From NCBI GenBank assembly GCA_963818955.1, contig CAWFUY010000028.1, positions 100,486 through 164,485 on the forward strand: a stretch of DNA of 64,000 nt. The letters run 5' to 3'. This DNA comes from an uncultured Methanosarcinaceae archaeon (GTDB lineage: Archaea; Halobacteriota; Methanosarcinia; Methanosarcinales; Methanosarcinaceae). Within the stretch, counting starts at the first letter, position 1; every line of letters begins with the position of its first letter. The position numbers and the translations under genes were made by a program. The notes beneath the pieces are model-generated. The model was not told the origin of the DNA and made no database searches. It was given only the letters and a program-made list of their open reading frames with translations. Shown piece by piece: positions 21,375 through 32,028 of the stretch.

Positions 21375-21836
21375 CTATTTGAGAGTCTTTATAAAGTCAG
21401 CAATAATTTGCTTAAGAGATTTTTTGGTTGGATACGCCCGTACCTCTATTAAAGGGTCTGTATTCCCTAGAATCATCGCTGAGACTATCGCATCAGGCCT
21501 GTACAGACAAAGCACGGGAATTCCTTTTACCAGTGCCCTGCAGATTTCAAAACCTACACCAATAGAAGGTACTGAAACCTCGGCAATCAAGGCGTCGCTT
21601 TTTACGAGCAAGTCCATATCACGGGAGTAAATCTCTTCTTCTGTCATTTCCATTTCTACTTTTTCCAGTTCAGGGTCCGCAACGTACCAGCAGAGTACTT
21701 CGGCTCCGGTTTCCTCAAGGATATTATACATTAACTGGTATGTCTCAAGCAGCTGTCTTCCTCCCCGTATGGAGCCCGATAAAAATATTTTTGGCTTCCG
21801 TTTTTCCGAGGCTGGCATTTTCTCTAAGGCTTTCAT
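21375..21836 (-). CDS. Nucleoside 2-deoxyribosyltransferase / Rcl-like N-glycosidase
   Basis: [40 protein letters not shown]. Confidence 0.85.
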   Translation of the reverse strand: MKALEKMPASEKRKPKIFLSGSIRGGRQLLETYQLMYNILEETGAEVLCWYVADPELEKVEMEMTEEEIYSRDMDLLVKSDALIAEVSVPSIGVGFEICRALVKGIPVLCLYRPDAIVSAMILGNTDPLIEVRAYPTKKSLKQIIADFIKTLK

Positions 21837-21895
21837 TCATATCACCTTCTTGCTTTTTCCCGTTTTTTTCAGCAATTCCAACATTACTGGTTTTT

Positions 21896-24463
21896 TTATG
21901 CTACTCCTCTGAAATAATGCCCGGTGGTAAAACCCTTTCCAAGGCTCTCACATCTGTCTTGTCTCTGTTTTCCGATCTCAAGATCAAGAGAGGTGTCAAT
22001 TGCCTTCCGGTATGCAAGAGTTACTTTCCTGATTTCTTCGGCATTCTCCATTCCGAGAGTTTCGATCCTGAGACTTGTGATTCCGCATTCCAGAAGGTCG
22101 GGAACATACTCAAGCATACAGAGAACTCTGGAATTGAGAAGATGCATCCTACATTGATGATCCATGAGCAGAGGAAATTCATACTTTTTCTCATCTGCAA
22201 GTACGAAGTTCCCAGCTTTGCATGGAGCATTACACAGATTCTTTTGTGCTCCAAAAAGTCCCCCAATCAGCCCACCTACAAGGCAGTGTTCCGATTCCAT
22301 TAATTCCAGGCACCCATGAGCTATACATTCCACCTGTCCATGGGAAGCAATGTTTTTCAGCTCATCAAGTGTCAATTCCGGAGAAACCACGACCATTTTA
22401 GCTCCTTCTAGCAAAAGAAAGGAGTTTGCACTTGAATTAAATATATTCAAAGGACTATCTGCAATAAAAGGAATTTTCCCTGCTTTAGCCAGGTTGATAA
22501 TCCCAAGGTTTGAAGCAAGGATCCCATCAGCCTCAAATTTTCGGGTAAAAGACAGAATTCTCTTAACTGATCCCATTTCAGAATCTTTCACCATCTTTGG
22601 TACAATAAAATAAATTTTCTTGCCTGCAGCTCTAGATTTTAAAACCGCGTCCTCGAAATTGTTTTCCAATCCTTCAGGAAAGGATTCTTTTTGTCCGGCA
22701 AAATACGGCCTTCTGAAAAGCCCTTCTCCGAAATAAATACAATCTGCTCCGCCTGCAATTGCTGCTTCAAGTCCTTCTATTGAGTATACGGAAACTGAGA
22801 GCAAAGTGTGAACTGGAAATCTTTTCAGGAGAGTATCTTCTTTATTGTTTACATATTCCATTTTATCTCCGGATTCTGGCAGTTGTAGATTCTGAAGAAG
22901 TTTTCTCTTCCATTTTAATATTCTGGAATTTTCAAGCTGCAATATCGCTTTTGTCCTGAGCTCATTTAACTGTCCCATAGGGACAAAAATACCCCCTTCC
23001 ATATTCAGATTAAGCTCAAATGCTTCAAAAAGGGTATTTCCAAGCTTAGAAAGTTGTTTTTCGATCTGAGTTCTCGTTGTGGGCTGTTTTTCTGCCTTCT
23101 CTACAAGATATTCGGACTCAACTACTACTGAATTTGAATCTTTGTCAGTTACTTCCAGCTTGATTGATTTTCCCGAGATAATAGTTACAGTTAAGCATAC
23201 GGGAATTTTAGGTCTCAGACTTCCGGACTCGCTTTCTTTTTTGAGGGAATCCATAAGTTTTTTATCATGTGTCCTGTATACTGCACTTCCAAAAGGTGCT
23301 TTCGAATCAAACGGAAGGTCTACTATCTCTCCTTTTCCTGCACTATAAACAGTGCCCTTTTCGGCATTATACATGCAGGATATGATTTTTCCTTTATCTT
23401 CCGTTCTGGTTTTGGCATTCTCGACCATTATCCCGTCTCCAAGCCGAATTGTGCTTGAAAGCTTTACTCGAATACGATTTAAGCACTTGTCATACCCGAC
23501 AACAATGCCTGCAGGTATTCCCCGGTTGTGGGGATTCTCTCTGCTCATGAGTTCTGCCCGGGGGTTTCCAAAAAAATAACCTTGAGTAAAATCCCTATTA
23601 AAAAGCTGCGTAAGCGTTTCCTTTTCTTCATTTGAAACAAAAAATCCTTTCGAATTGTCAAAATACCTGTCAATCAGGCGGCGGTAAATTCTGACAACTC
23701 CTGCTACATACTCCGGTCTCTTCATTCTGCCCTCTATTTTGAATGACTCGATCCCGGATTCTATAAGGGCATCCAGGCCTGAGCTAATATTAAGGTCTCT
23801 TGGACTCAAGAGATACTTGCCGCTTGTTTTGATCGGCTTTCCGTCACAGTAAAGACTGTACTTTTTTCGGCACGGTTGGGCACAGTATCCTCTATTTCCA
23901 CTCCTTCCCCCAATAAGGCTGCTCAGGAGGCACTGTCCGGAATAGGAGAAACAAAGAGCCCCATGTATGAAAACTTCAATTTCAGTCCTGCTTTTTTCTT
24001 TTATAAATTTTATGTCATCAAGGGACAATTCCCGTGAAAGTACAACTCTTTCGATTCCGATATTTTTTAAAAACTCAACTCCTTCACTGTTATGCAAAGT
24101 CATTTGAGTGCTTGCATGCAGAGGAAGGTCAGGCAGGTATTTGCCTGCAAGAGAAATGAGCCCAAGATCCTGGACGATAATCGCGTCTGCCCCCATCTCT
24201 CTCAAATAGCAAAGCAGTTCGAGGGCATTTCCCATCTCCCCATCTTTTAGCAGGGTATTTACAGTTACGTAGACTTTCACACCTCTGAGGTGAGCATAGT
24301 CAATTGCTGCTTCAAGTTCGTCTTTCGAAAAATTGGATGCACACCCTCGGGCACTGAAAACTCTGGCTCCGAGATACACAGCATCCGCTCCGTTTTCTAC
24401 TGCGGCCACCAGGGCTTCCATACCGCCGGCTGGTGCCAGCAGTTCCGGTTTTTCTGAGTTCAT
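21896..24463 (-). CDS. Large U32 family protein (RlhA-like, DUF3656)
   Basis: PELLAPAG, GADAVYLG, HASTQM, HGALCFSYSGQCLLS..NRGYCAQPCR, KIEGRMKRPEYV. Confidence 0.9.
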   Translation of the reverse strand: MNSEKPELLAPAGGMEALVAAVENGADAVYLGARVFSARGCASNFSKDELEAAIDYAHLRGVKVYVTVNTLLKDGEMGNALELLCYLREMGADAIIVQDLGLISLAGKYLPDLPLHASTQMTLHNSEGVEFLKNIGIERVVLSRELSLDDIKFIKEKSRTEIEVFIHGALCFSYSGQCLLSSLIGGRSGNRGYCAQPCRKKYSLYCDGKPIKTSGKYLLSPRDLNISSGLDALIESGIESFKIEGRMKRPEYVAGVVRIYRRLIDRYFDNSKGFFVSNEEKETLTQLFNRDFTQGYFFGNPRAELMSRENPHNRGIPAGIVVGYDKCLNRIRVKLSSTIRLGDGIMVENAKTRTEDKGKIISCMYNAEKGTVYSAGKGEIVDLPFDSKAPFGSAVYRTHDKKLMDSLKKESESGSLRPKIPVCLTVTIISGKSIKLEVTDKDSNSVVVESEYLVEKAEKQPTTRTQIEKQLSKLGNTLFEAFELNLNMEGGIFVPMGQLNELRTKAILQLENSRILKWKRKLLQNLQLPESGDKMEYVNNKEDTLLKRFPVHTLLSVSVYSIEGLEAAIAGGADCIYFGEGLFRRPYFAGQKESFPEGLENNFEDAVLKSRAAGKKIYFIVPKMVKDSEMGSVKRILSFTRKFEADGILASNLGIINLAKAGKIPFIADSPLNIFNSSANSFLLLEGAKMVVVSPELTLDELKNIASHGQVECIAHGCLELMESEHCLVGGLIGGLFGAQKNLCNAPCKAGNFVLADEKKYEFPLLMDHQCRMHLLNSRVLCMLEYVPDLLECGITSLRIETLGMENAEEIRKVTLAYRKAIDTSLDLEIGKQRQDRCESLGKGFTTGHYFRGVA

Positions 24464-24719
24464 CAAGTTGAATTAACTGCCTGTTCTTAATTAAGTTTTG
24501 GTATCTTTGCCATCTTTGGAGTTACAAAATCTGCCTGACCGAATTCTGATAAGCCCTAAACTAAAGTTAAACAAAGATTATTACAATGCCATATTCCTTT
24601 CAACATATTCATTATTAAATTATAAATTATATATATATTAACGCTGAAAAGAAAGCTGATCTTGACTATGGACAAAGATTTATAAGGATTATTTGAAAAG
24701 AATTAATCTGGGGTTTGGT

Positions 24720-25625
24720 ATGTCATATAGAAATGAGCTTGATGAAGTAAGAACTATTGAAGAGGGATTTAAAAAAGCTTATGATCAGGATCCAATGGGG
24801 ACAATGGAAGCTGTTGAAAAGCTGAGAAACTTCACATTTCAGTTAATCCATATGGAAGCTACTCCAGAGAATGAGATTGATGCAAAGGCATTCGTAATTT
24901 CGATTGGAGACTTAGGTAGGGTAGCCGCAGAAACCGGAATGGAAATAGTTTGTGTGGCTGTAAGTCTTGCTCTTGGAGACATAGTTATGGAGGCAGCTGT
25001 CCAGAAAAAGGAGAATCTTGCAGTAAAAACTTTATCGGTTATTGGGAACCTGGCGTTGGAATTTACAGAAAAGGACCTGGGTACTGCAGCAAAAGGTGCT
25101 GCCGAATTACTTGGAAAATGCGGAGAAGCATCAACCAAACTCAAGATGGAGACCCTGGTAAGCCTTTCTGAGATTTATCTTATGCAAATAGCTCTCAAAG
25201 CCAAAGAAAAAAATATTTCAGAAGCTGTACTCGTTTCAATAAATTTCCTTGGGGATATCGGGGCATCTGCAGCCGAACAGAAAACGGAAATCGGGACTCT
25301 AGAGGCTGCAGTCATTCTTGAAGATCTGGGTAATGCCGTTGTAAGAGAAAAGAGTGACTCTTACGCAATAGCTGTAGTATTGGCACTTGAAAAATTGGGA
25401 ACTGCAGCTTCCATATACGGTTTAAAAAGTGTACTTGTCCAGACTGCATGGTCTTTGGAAATAATTCGAATCCTTACCCTTGAGCAGGGTTTAAAAACTG
25501 CATGCCTTGCAGCAAAGAGTGCACTTGAATATTTGAATACCGGTGGAATGATTGATGAAGAACAGAATCTGGGAAAAATTCAGGAAATAAAGAAATTCCA
25601 CTCAATTTTCCTGAAGAAAAAATAA
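24720..25625 (+). CDS. Hypothetical helical-repeat protein
   Basis: ~300-aa Ala/Leu/Glu-rich ORF with recurring LGxxG pattern. Confidence 0.75.
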   Translation: MSYRNELDEVRTIEEGFKKAYDQDPMGTMEAVEKLRNFTFQLIHMEATPENEIDAKAFVISIGDLGRVAAETGMEIVCVAVSLALGDIVMEAAVQKKENLAVKTLSVIGNLALEFTEKDLGTAAKGAAELLGKCGEASTKLKMETLVSLSEIYLMQIALKAKEKNISEAVLVSINFLGDIGASAAEQKTEIGTLEAAVILEDLGNAVVREKSDSYAIAVVLALEKLGTAASIYGLKSVLVQTAWSLEIIRILTLEQGLKTACLAAKSALEYLNTGGMIDEEQNLGKIQEIKKFHSIFLKKK

Positions 25626-25722
25626 TATGATTGATACTTATATTCAAAATAATAGTCGACTCCACTCATTTTGAATATACTGTTCTTAAATTTGTTTGAT
25701 TTTTCAGATTTAGAGCCTCTTT

Positions 25723-26127
25723 TCAGGCTGCTTCTTCAGTCTCTTCCTGATCTTCAAAATCCTCTTCGTTTGCATCGACTTCTTCTATTTTCTCAGTTTC
25801 TGGTACCATTAGGTTTTCGATCCATTCACTAAGTCTCCCGCAGTATTCAGGTTCACAGTCGAAAGTACAACCAGTACAGGATGAGAACATCTCTCCTGCT
25901 AACAATAGATCGTATTTCTCTTTGACCTCCTCTTTTGCTTTCAGGAGATATGTTCTTGCACCGTTTGAGACACCGACCTCGCGGACGATCAGGTCCTTAT
26001 CCAGAAGCTTCTTAATGATTCTGGAACACTTCCTGCTATCTATGTCCAGCTCTTTCCAGATAACATTCTGGAAAACTCCGTCTTTATGCCTTCTTATAAT
26101 GTTATAAGCTTCTTCTTCAAGATCCAT
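25723..26127 (-). CDS. Winged-helix protein with C-terminal Cys cluster (archaeal RPC34/TFE-beta-like)
   Basis: GVFQNVIWKELDIDSRKCSRIIKKL wHTH; CTGCTFDCEPEYC..L..W motif; acidic tail. Confidence 0.75.
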   Translation of the reverse strand: MDLEEEAYNIIRRHKDGVFQNVIWKELDIDSRKCSRIIKKLLDKDLIVREVGVSNGARTYLLKAKEEVKEKYDLLLAGEMFSSCTGCTFDCEPEYCGRLSEWIENLMVPETEKIEEVDANEEDFEDQEETEEAA

Positions 26128-26159
26128 GCTTCCACACTAATAAAGTTACTTATAAAGTT

Positions 26160-26384
26160 TTATTCATCGACCGGAGTGATAAGTATGATGTTATTGCCAC
26201 GAAGCACTACAGAACCAAGGGATCGGACCTTTTCACCCTTTACAATCTCCATTGTATCTACAAGATGCAGGTTCATATAGTCGTCCACACTCTTAAGAGT
26301 GCCTTCAAGCAGATTAAGGTCACCTTTCATTTCTACCTGGATCCTTGATCCAACAATTTTCTGGACTTTTTTATTTGGGAACAA
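26160..26384 (-). CDS. Sm-like (LSm) RNA-binding protein
   Basis: Sm1 GTLKSVDDYMNLHL and Sm2 LGSVVLRGNNIILI. Confidence 0.95.
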   Translation of the reverse strand: MFPNKKVQKIVGSRIQVEMKGDLNLLEGTLKSVDDYMNLHLVDTMEIVKGEKVRSLGSVVLRGNNIILITPVDE

Positions 26385-26602
26385 ATTTAAACCCTCGCTG
26401 ATTTTATCTTAATTTTGGTTCCCGCACTTCCGGGTTCCGCTTTTTCGTCCAAAGCCGGAGCTTAAAATCCGCTTATGCTGCTGCCAGCAACTAAGAAGTT
26501 ATTCCGAATTGTCACTCCACCGGCTTCTAATTAAACTGAAATTACATACCTTTACACAGATATATAACCATCGATCTTCAGGGTTGTAAAATATTCGTAA
26601 GG

Positions 26603-27001
26603 TTAGATATAGCCCTGGATATTCGTACTTTCGTCAACAGATTTTGTGGGTTCTTTTTTTGGCCTTGGAATCGCTCTTGCAATTGGTCCGAAGACAGATT
26701 CGTACTCATTTATATGCTGGCTTAGCCAGCGATTGAGTTCAAGAGCAGCAACCGGAGAGAGAATTATTTCTGTCTCAACACATCTTTCGATAATCCTAGA
26801 CTCTGAAGCATCACCGAACATCTTAGGAGTGTCATTATAAAAACCGATCCTGAAATCATAAGGGCTGTGCCCGCCTGCAGCTCCGATAGCGTAGATCTGT
26901 CTGAAGCTTTCGGGTTTGACAAATTCAACTATAATGCCGGTTTTATTTTTTTTGGCTGCTGAGTGTTCGATATTTTCTCTTGAGTCAACGTCTTCGGTCA
27001 T
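26603..27001 (-). CDS. DUF3467-like protein
   Basis: IYAIGAAGGHSPYDFRIGFY...IILSPVAALELNRWL. Confidence 0.65.
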   Translation of the reverse strand: MTEDVDSRENIEHSAAKKNKTGIIVEFVKPESFRQIYAIGAAGGHSPYDFRIGFYNDTPKMFGDASESRIIERCVETEIILSPVAALELNRWLSQHINEYESVFGPIARAIPRPKKEPTKSVDESTNIQGYI

Positions 27002-27217
27002 AATATTACCTCTATATTATTTTCAGGAATTATCTTTATCAAGCAAGATTCCAGCGTCAGTAATGCTCTCAGTGCTGAATGAACTCCCAGATTAATTCAT
27101 TCGATAGTAATTCCCCATATAAATAGGAATAATCTCTCAATTGGCTTTGATATTATAAAAGGAGTTCTATGAGTTTGAATTACTTGAATAATTTACTTCA
27201 TTTGGCACAAACAGCAC

Positions 27218-28375
27218 TTAGCAAGCTTTATGTTGAATGTATCCCGAACAGTTGGATATAATTGGATTAAACAACTTATTATAAATATTTTTTGACAGTT
27301 CCACGCCTAAAATGTCAACATACTTGTAAAACAAATAACTCAAAGGGATTATCAATAATAGCGATAAGATGCATGAAGTTAGAACAGCCAGACCGTATGG
27401 CAATACTGGGTTCAGGGCTAGAAACAATGAACAGGTGAAACTGCATATGATCAGGAAATGTATCAGGTACAAAGAATAAGATATTTTTCCCAGGAACACC
27501 GGAACGGAGGAAGAAAAAACTTTTTGCATTCGCTCACTGTTCAATAAAACATACATTATCATGCCGGCTCCTATAATATGATATATCATCTTTGGCTTCA
27601 GGAAGACACCGTTATTGAGAAAACTATACAACGAGTCATTTGTTACCGTGCTAACCGGATAAGACCCTAAAAACAATCCTGCAAACAGCACACCTGACAA
27701 TATTATACTATTGCTTGTTTTAAACATGGGGGTCTTTCTGGTAAAAATGTCAGCCAGAGACATTCCTATTATAAAAGCCAGGTAGTAAGAGTTAAAGAAG
27801 ACAAGGGCTGCAGAAAGGTAGAACATCCAGCGTTTTCGCCACGACCCGAAAAGTAAGGCTATTGCAAAAACAAGCATTGACCCGTAGAACTCTATTGTCA
27901 TCGTCCACAATACCGGGTCATAGTGTACATCACCGTCTACGAAGAACGAATCATTCCAGAAGTTGGCAGGGTTATTATTTGCAGTAATCATTACAGTTTC
28001 GGTATAATAATGGAATAACCCGAATGATGATAATAAAAATGATAATAAGGTTACTGTAATTACAGGAATTAACAATCTTATATAACGGCGCAGTATTCCA
28101 CTTACAATTAAATTTTTATCCCCTATACTAAAATATTTTTGAGTTAATACATAACCGCTCAGTACGAAGAAAATGCATGCAGAGAAGTTACCTGCGCCAA
28201 TTAATCCTAGCGGGGAGCTAGAAAAAATTGTCTCAAAGTTTCCGAAATGCGATGGTACCTGATCACTATAGATCAACGCCGGGGTGAGAACAATAAAGAA
28301 ATGCATTAACATAACATTAACCGCAGCTATACCGCGCAGGCCATCAAGAAAGCTAATTTTTCCTTCCATACTCAT
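27218..28375 (-). CDS. Acyltransferase-3 (OafA-like) membrane O-acyltransferase
   Basis: FLDGLRGIAA..V...H, FFVLSGY, RRYIRL, WTMTIEF, LGKISYSLYLIH. Confidence 0.92.
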   Translation of the reverse strand: MSMEGKISFLDGLRGIAAVNVMLMHFFIVLTPALIYSDQVPSHFGNFETIFSSSPLGLIGAGNFSACIFFVLSGYVLTQKYFSIGDKNLIVSGILRRYIRLLIPVITVTLLSFLLSSFGLFHYYTETVMITANNNPANFWNDSFFVDGDVHYDPVLWTMTIEFYGSMLVFAIALLFGSWRKRWMFYLSAALVFFNSYYLAFIIGMSLADIFTRKTPMFKTSNSIILSGVLFAGLFLGSYPVSTVTNDSLYSFLNNGVFLKPKMIYHIIGAGMIMYVLLNSERMQKVFSSSVPVFLGKISYSLYLIHFLIICSFTCSLFLALNPVLPYGLAVLTSCILSLLLIIPLSYLFYKYVDILGVELSKNIYNKLFNPIISNCSGYIQHKAC

Positions 28376-28456
28376 CTTTAAGGGTTTTGTCTGAGAGATA
28401 GTTATTTTAAAATATGAGCTAATTTCAAGGTCCGACTCAATTTTAGTTCATTCCTT

Positions 28457-28804
28457 TTAATCTTTTAGACTATTTCCAGAACTGTCACAGTTAGCTATGA
28501 ATATCCCATTATTTAGAATGCCACCTGGAACATTAATTATTCTGTCTTCTATCCAGATTCTGAAATTCTCAGAGATTAAACATCCCTCATCTTTTTTAAA
28601 TATGGCTGAATCTTTGAAATAATTTAGTTTTATAGTATCCAGGGTTTCCTCATAGAGTCCACAATCTTTGAATTTGTTACTTATATACACATCAAATGTA
28701 CCATCATCATGGAGGATGAAATGGGTAGTTCTATTTTTGTATTTTCTGGGCATAGGGATCACGTATTTTATTGAGTTAAAACAGTTAGATTTACTTTTAT
28801 ACAT
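28457..28804 (-). CDS. Hypothetical protein
   Basis: 115-aa AT-rich ORF; no motif recognised. Confidence 0.45.
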   Translation of the reverse strand: MYKSKSNCFNSIKYVIPMPRKYKNRTTHFILHDDGTFDVYISNKFKDCGLYEETLDTIKLNYFKDSAIFKKDEGCLISENFRIWIEDRIINVPGGILNNGIFIANCDSSGNSLKD

Positions 28805-29122
28805 AGTGCATAGGGATTTTTACTTTGAGATATCTGCTAAGTTGTAGTACTTCCTATTTTCATAGGATTTTATAGCACTTAAAACAGCAACAGACCAAAA
28901 TAATTATATTTCAATTGCTTTTATCAAAAATAAGGTTTAGTAATGTATACTGATTTCTATTTTGAAACTCCTATTATTTATACATTGAAACAGATAATTA
29001 TATACTATAAAAAAAGAGTTGGCAGAGAATAGCGAATCCTGCCAAGACTCAGAATGAGTTATTTCTCAACTATCTTAAAAGTTATAGAACAATCTGAAAG
29101 TTCCTACAAAAGGAGTTAACCT

Positions 29123-29929
29123 ATGCGAATTCTTATACTCTATACAGGCGAACTTGGAAAGAAAGTTATCCAGAATCTTATTAACTCAAGTAGCTTCTGC
29201 GTATCCTGTGGGGATCTCTGCAATCAATGCAGACAGGCTAGAAAATCTTATGCAAATCTGATTGTGGGAATTCATGAGTTTCCTGCGGATTTGCCTACGT
29301 TTATAGAAGAACCAGGGCAGTATATTCCACCCGGACTTCCGGAATGTGACCTGATACTTGCTATTGGTATTCATCCTGATCTCCTGGCAGCTCTTCCAGA
29401 TGTTGTGAAGAAAACGAAGGCAAAAGCCGTAATTGCACCTGCTGAAGATTCTAAGAAAACTCCTGCCGGAGTTCTTGAGCAGCTCAGGAAAGAGCTAGAG
29501 TCCATAGGAGTTGAGTTCGAGGGGCCAAAGCCATTCTGCGCCCTTGAAAAAACCGGAAAGCCGGTTATTGATTCATTTGTTGATCTTGGTTTCGGAAAGC
29601 CTATGCTCAGAATTGAAACGAGCCCTGATGGGAAAATGTTCATCGGGGCAGGTGTAATCAGGGATGCTCCATGTGGTTCTACCTGGTTTGTGGCTAAAAA
29701 ACTCGGCTGGTCTGACATCCCTGCGTATAAAGAAACTGTTTCAGGTGCTCATCACTCATACCCCTGTACTGCAAGCATGGACAAAGACCCACAGCTTGGG
29801 GATACTATCCTGCACAAAGCCGGGTATATCATAAGAGAAGCTGTTGAAAGTGGAATGGAGTATGCAAATAAAGAAAAAGCTCGAATGTCCGCGGCTGGCG
29901 GAGACAAAGCTTCAAGTCCGAGCTTCTAA
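29123..29929 (+). CDS. DUF166 family methanogen protein
   Basis: CVSCGDLCNQCR, IHPDL, KPFCAL, RDAPCGSTWFVA, HHSYPCTASM, LHKAGY; AGGAG RBS. Confidence 0.8.
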   Translation: MRILILYTGELGKKVIQNLINSSSFCVSCGDLCNQCRQARKSYANLIVGIHEFPADLPTFIEEPGQYIPPGLPECDLILAIGIHPDLLAALPDVVKKTKAKAVIAPAEDSKKTPAGVLEQLRKELESIGVEFEGPKPFCALEKTGKPVIDSFVDLGFGKPMLRIETSPDGKMFIGAGVIRDAPCGSTWFVAKKLGWSDIPAYKETVSGAHHSYPCTASMDKDPQLGDTILHKAGYIIREAVESGMEYANKEKARMSAAGGDKASSPSF

Positions 29930-29948
29930 AACAGATTAAATTCTTACT

Positions 29949-31226
29949 TCAATGTTTGAAATTAAGCCTCAAATTACCATTAATCAAATTTATTTTAGTG
30001 AGAAGTTTTTCTCTTCTGTTTTGCATCTCTCCTCTTAAAACTACCAGCTTCTTTTTGGAATTTTCTATATCTCCTTCAAGTAAGCGAGTTCGGCTAAGAA
30101 GTTCTGTTTCTTTGTGTTCAAGCTCTGACGACTTTCCAGTATCCGCTTCCAAGATTTCAGCATTCTTTGTTTCAAAATATTTAAGAGCTTCAAGATACTC
30201 TTTTTTCCTCTCAGGAAAATATGAAATTAAGGTTCTGCTCTGCATCAGAGCCTTTTCCTTTTTTTGGGTCTGCATGTCCAGAGCTTTATCTTCAAAAGTC
30301 TTTTGAAGTTCCGGGAAAAAAGCAGGATTAACATGTATGGGATTGTCAAGGCAGATATCCAGTTGATGCTTTAGATCAGGTTTCAGTGTATATCTGCCAC
30401 TTTCATGAAGCTTTTTTATTCTTGAGAGATGCCCTGAAAGCGGAAGGACAAGAGAGTTTACGTTAGCTTCGGCTTTTTCAAGTCGACTTTTTGCTTCATT
30501 AAATTCTTCCTGTAGATTTTGTAAGCTTTGCCAGGCATTTCCTTTTCTGAATTCTTCAAGTTCTTGACTCGCTCTGGCAATCTCATCTTTTAAAGCCTTA
30601 ATTTTTCTTTCTCTGGACTCGAGCTCCAGCTCTTCTGTTTTTATTGAATTCGACAGATTCTGGATTCCTCTCGCTTCGGAATAAGCTGCCTCAATAGCTT
30701 CAATTTCAGTTTTATTTTCCAGAATTGCCCCTCTTAGCTCTTTAAAAGCTATGCTTAATCTGGAAAGGCTTTCACTAAGATATTTTGATTCCTGAGGAAA
30801 AACAGGTCTAGCATACTTGAAACTCCTATCCATGTTTTCCAGACATGTCTCGAGATTCTGCACAGCTGCCTCATAGAATCCTTCAAGCGTCTTGAAATCC
30901 ATATCCTCCTGCACCTTGATTTTATCTATCAATGCAGCAACTTGCTTTGTTACATTTTCCCTATTGCTTTTTGCTCTTTTTACCGCCCTTACGTCAAAAT
31001 CTCCCTCTACTTTTGCTTCCGCAAGCCTGGAATTGCTCTCTTTGAGTTCAAGAAGTGCAGCCTCCAGTTTTCCCATAGATCCTGAGACTTCCTTTCCCAT
31101 CCCTGAAGATATTTTATGAGATCTTTCATCAAGCCATGCGGGCAGGTCTTCAAAATCAATTTCCTTAAGACTGGCTTCTTCACCGGGAATTTCTTTTTTT
31201 CCAAAGAGTTTTTTAATCCAATTCAA
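29949..31226 (-). CDS. Coiled-coil hypothetical protein
   Basis: 425 aa, Glu/Lys/Leu heptads, MNWIKKLFGK N-terminus. Confidence 0.8.
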   Translation of the reverse strand: MNWIKKLFGKKEIPGEEASLKEIDFEDLPAWLDERSHKISSGMGKEVSGSMGKLEAALLELKESNSRLAEAKVEGDFDVRAVKRAKSNRENVTKQVAALIDKIKVQEDMDFKTLEGFYEAAVQNLETCLENMDRSFKYARPVFPQESKYLSESLSRLSIAFKELRGAILENKTEIEAIEAAYSEARGIQNLSNSIKTEELELESRERKIKALKDEIARASQELEEFRKGNAWQSLQNLQEEFNEAKSRLEKAEANVNSLVLPLSGHLSRIKKLHESGRYTLKPDLKHQLDICLDNPIHVNPAFFPELQKTFEDKALDMQTQKKEKALMQSRTLISYFPERKKEYLEALKYFETKNAEILEADTGKSSELEHKETELLSRTRLLEGDIENSKKKLVVLRGEMQNRREKLLTKINLINGNLRLNFKH

Positions 31227-31413
31227 ACTGGAGCTTCCCTTAGTTTAATAAAATTTTTATATTTTTATAGATTTTTTCGGTTTTGATTATATAAGAAAAG
31301 GCTATTAATTGATAAAACTTCTGCGATAAAAATTGTACTGGACAATATGCCTGTTTATTTCTGCTTTAATCTTGTATTTAAGCTTAATTTATGTTTAAGC
31401 TTAATTTATATAC

Positions 31414-31776
31414 TTAGCACGTGACATGGAACATTGCAGATATCTTGCCTTCAATTTCGTTCCAGCGCTCAATTGCTAAAGGAGTTGGGAACAACTCTAT
31501 TCCACACTTTTTTTCCAAGAAGAAATCTTCAGCTTCTTCCGAAAGTTCGACAAAACCTGTTTGTCCCGTTCCTATAATTATTTTTTCGGTTTCGTTTTCA
31601 TAGATATATTTAGCTTCCTCAAGAGATATTTTATGTGAGGTTCCGTATACTTCCTTTGACAGCGTTTTCTCTCTCTTTTTTACCTGCCCGTTAAGGCGAA
31701 TGATAATATCATAACCGAAAGTTTCTCCATCCACAATAATCGAACCAAAATTCGTAGAATCAATCTTTGGTCTCAT
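31414..31776 (-). CDS. Mth938-like (DUF498) protein
   Basis: FGSIIVDG, YGTSH, IIIGTG, AMFHVTC terminus. Confidence 0.9.
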   Translation of the reverse strand: MRPKIDSTNFGSIIVDGETFGYDIIIRLNGQVKKREKTLSKEVYGTSHKISLEEAKYIYENETEKIIIGTGQTGFVELSEEAEDFFLEKKCGIELFPTPLAIERWNEIEGKISAMFHVTC

Positions 31777-31923
31777 GGTTTTCCTCTGAAATCAGGTTAA
31801 AACAAATATTTTATTCTACAATATTTTTCATCTTACAGTTATTTAAAGTTATGACTAAAAAATTTTTATGTAATAGATTTTTATACATTAAAATCAAATA
31901 ATATTTTAATATGGGGGATTTTA

Positions 31924-32028
31924 GTGGCTCACAGGGAATTATGGGAGTTCTTTGGTTTTATGTTATTGGTAGTAACGACCGCAATTGCTATATTCATTGT
32001 AATTTTACCTCAAGCTGTTATTCCTTAA
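31924..32028 (+). CDS. Putative 34-aa single-TM small protein
   Basis: GGGGGA RBS then GTG; MAHRELWEFFGFMLLVVTTAIAIFIVILPQAVIP. Confidence 0.5.
   Translation: MAHRELWEFFGFMLLVVTTAIAIFIVILPQAVIP

Noticed and set aside
21896-24463. U32 proteins as collagenases or a novel system
   Set aside because: U32 members with these Cys motifs are established Fe-S RNA/quinone hydroxylation proteins, and the two copies are unlinked
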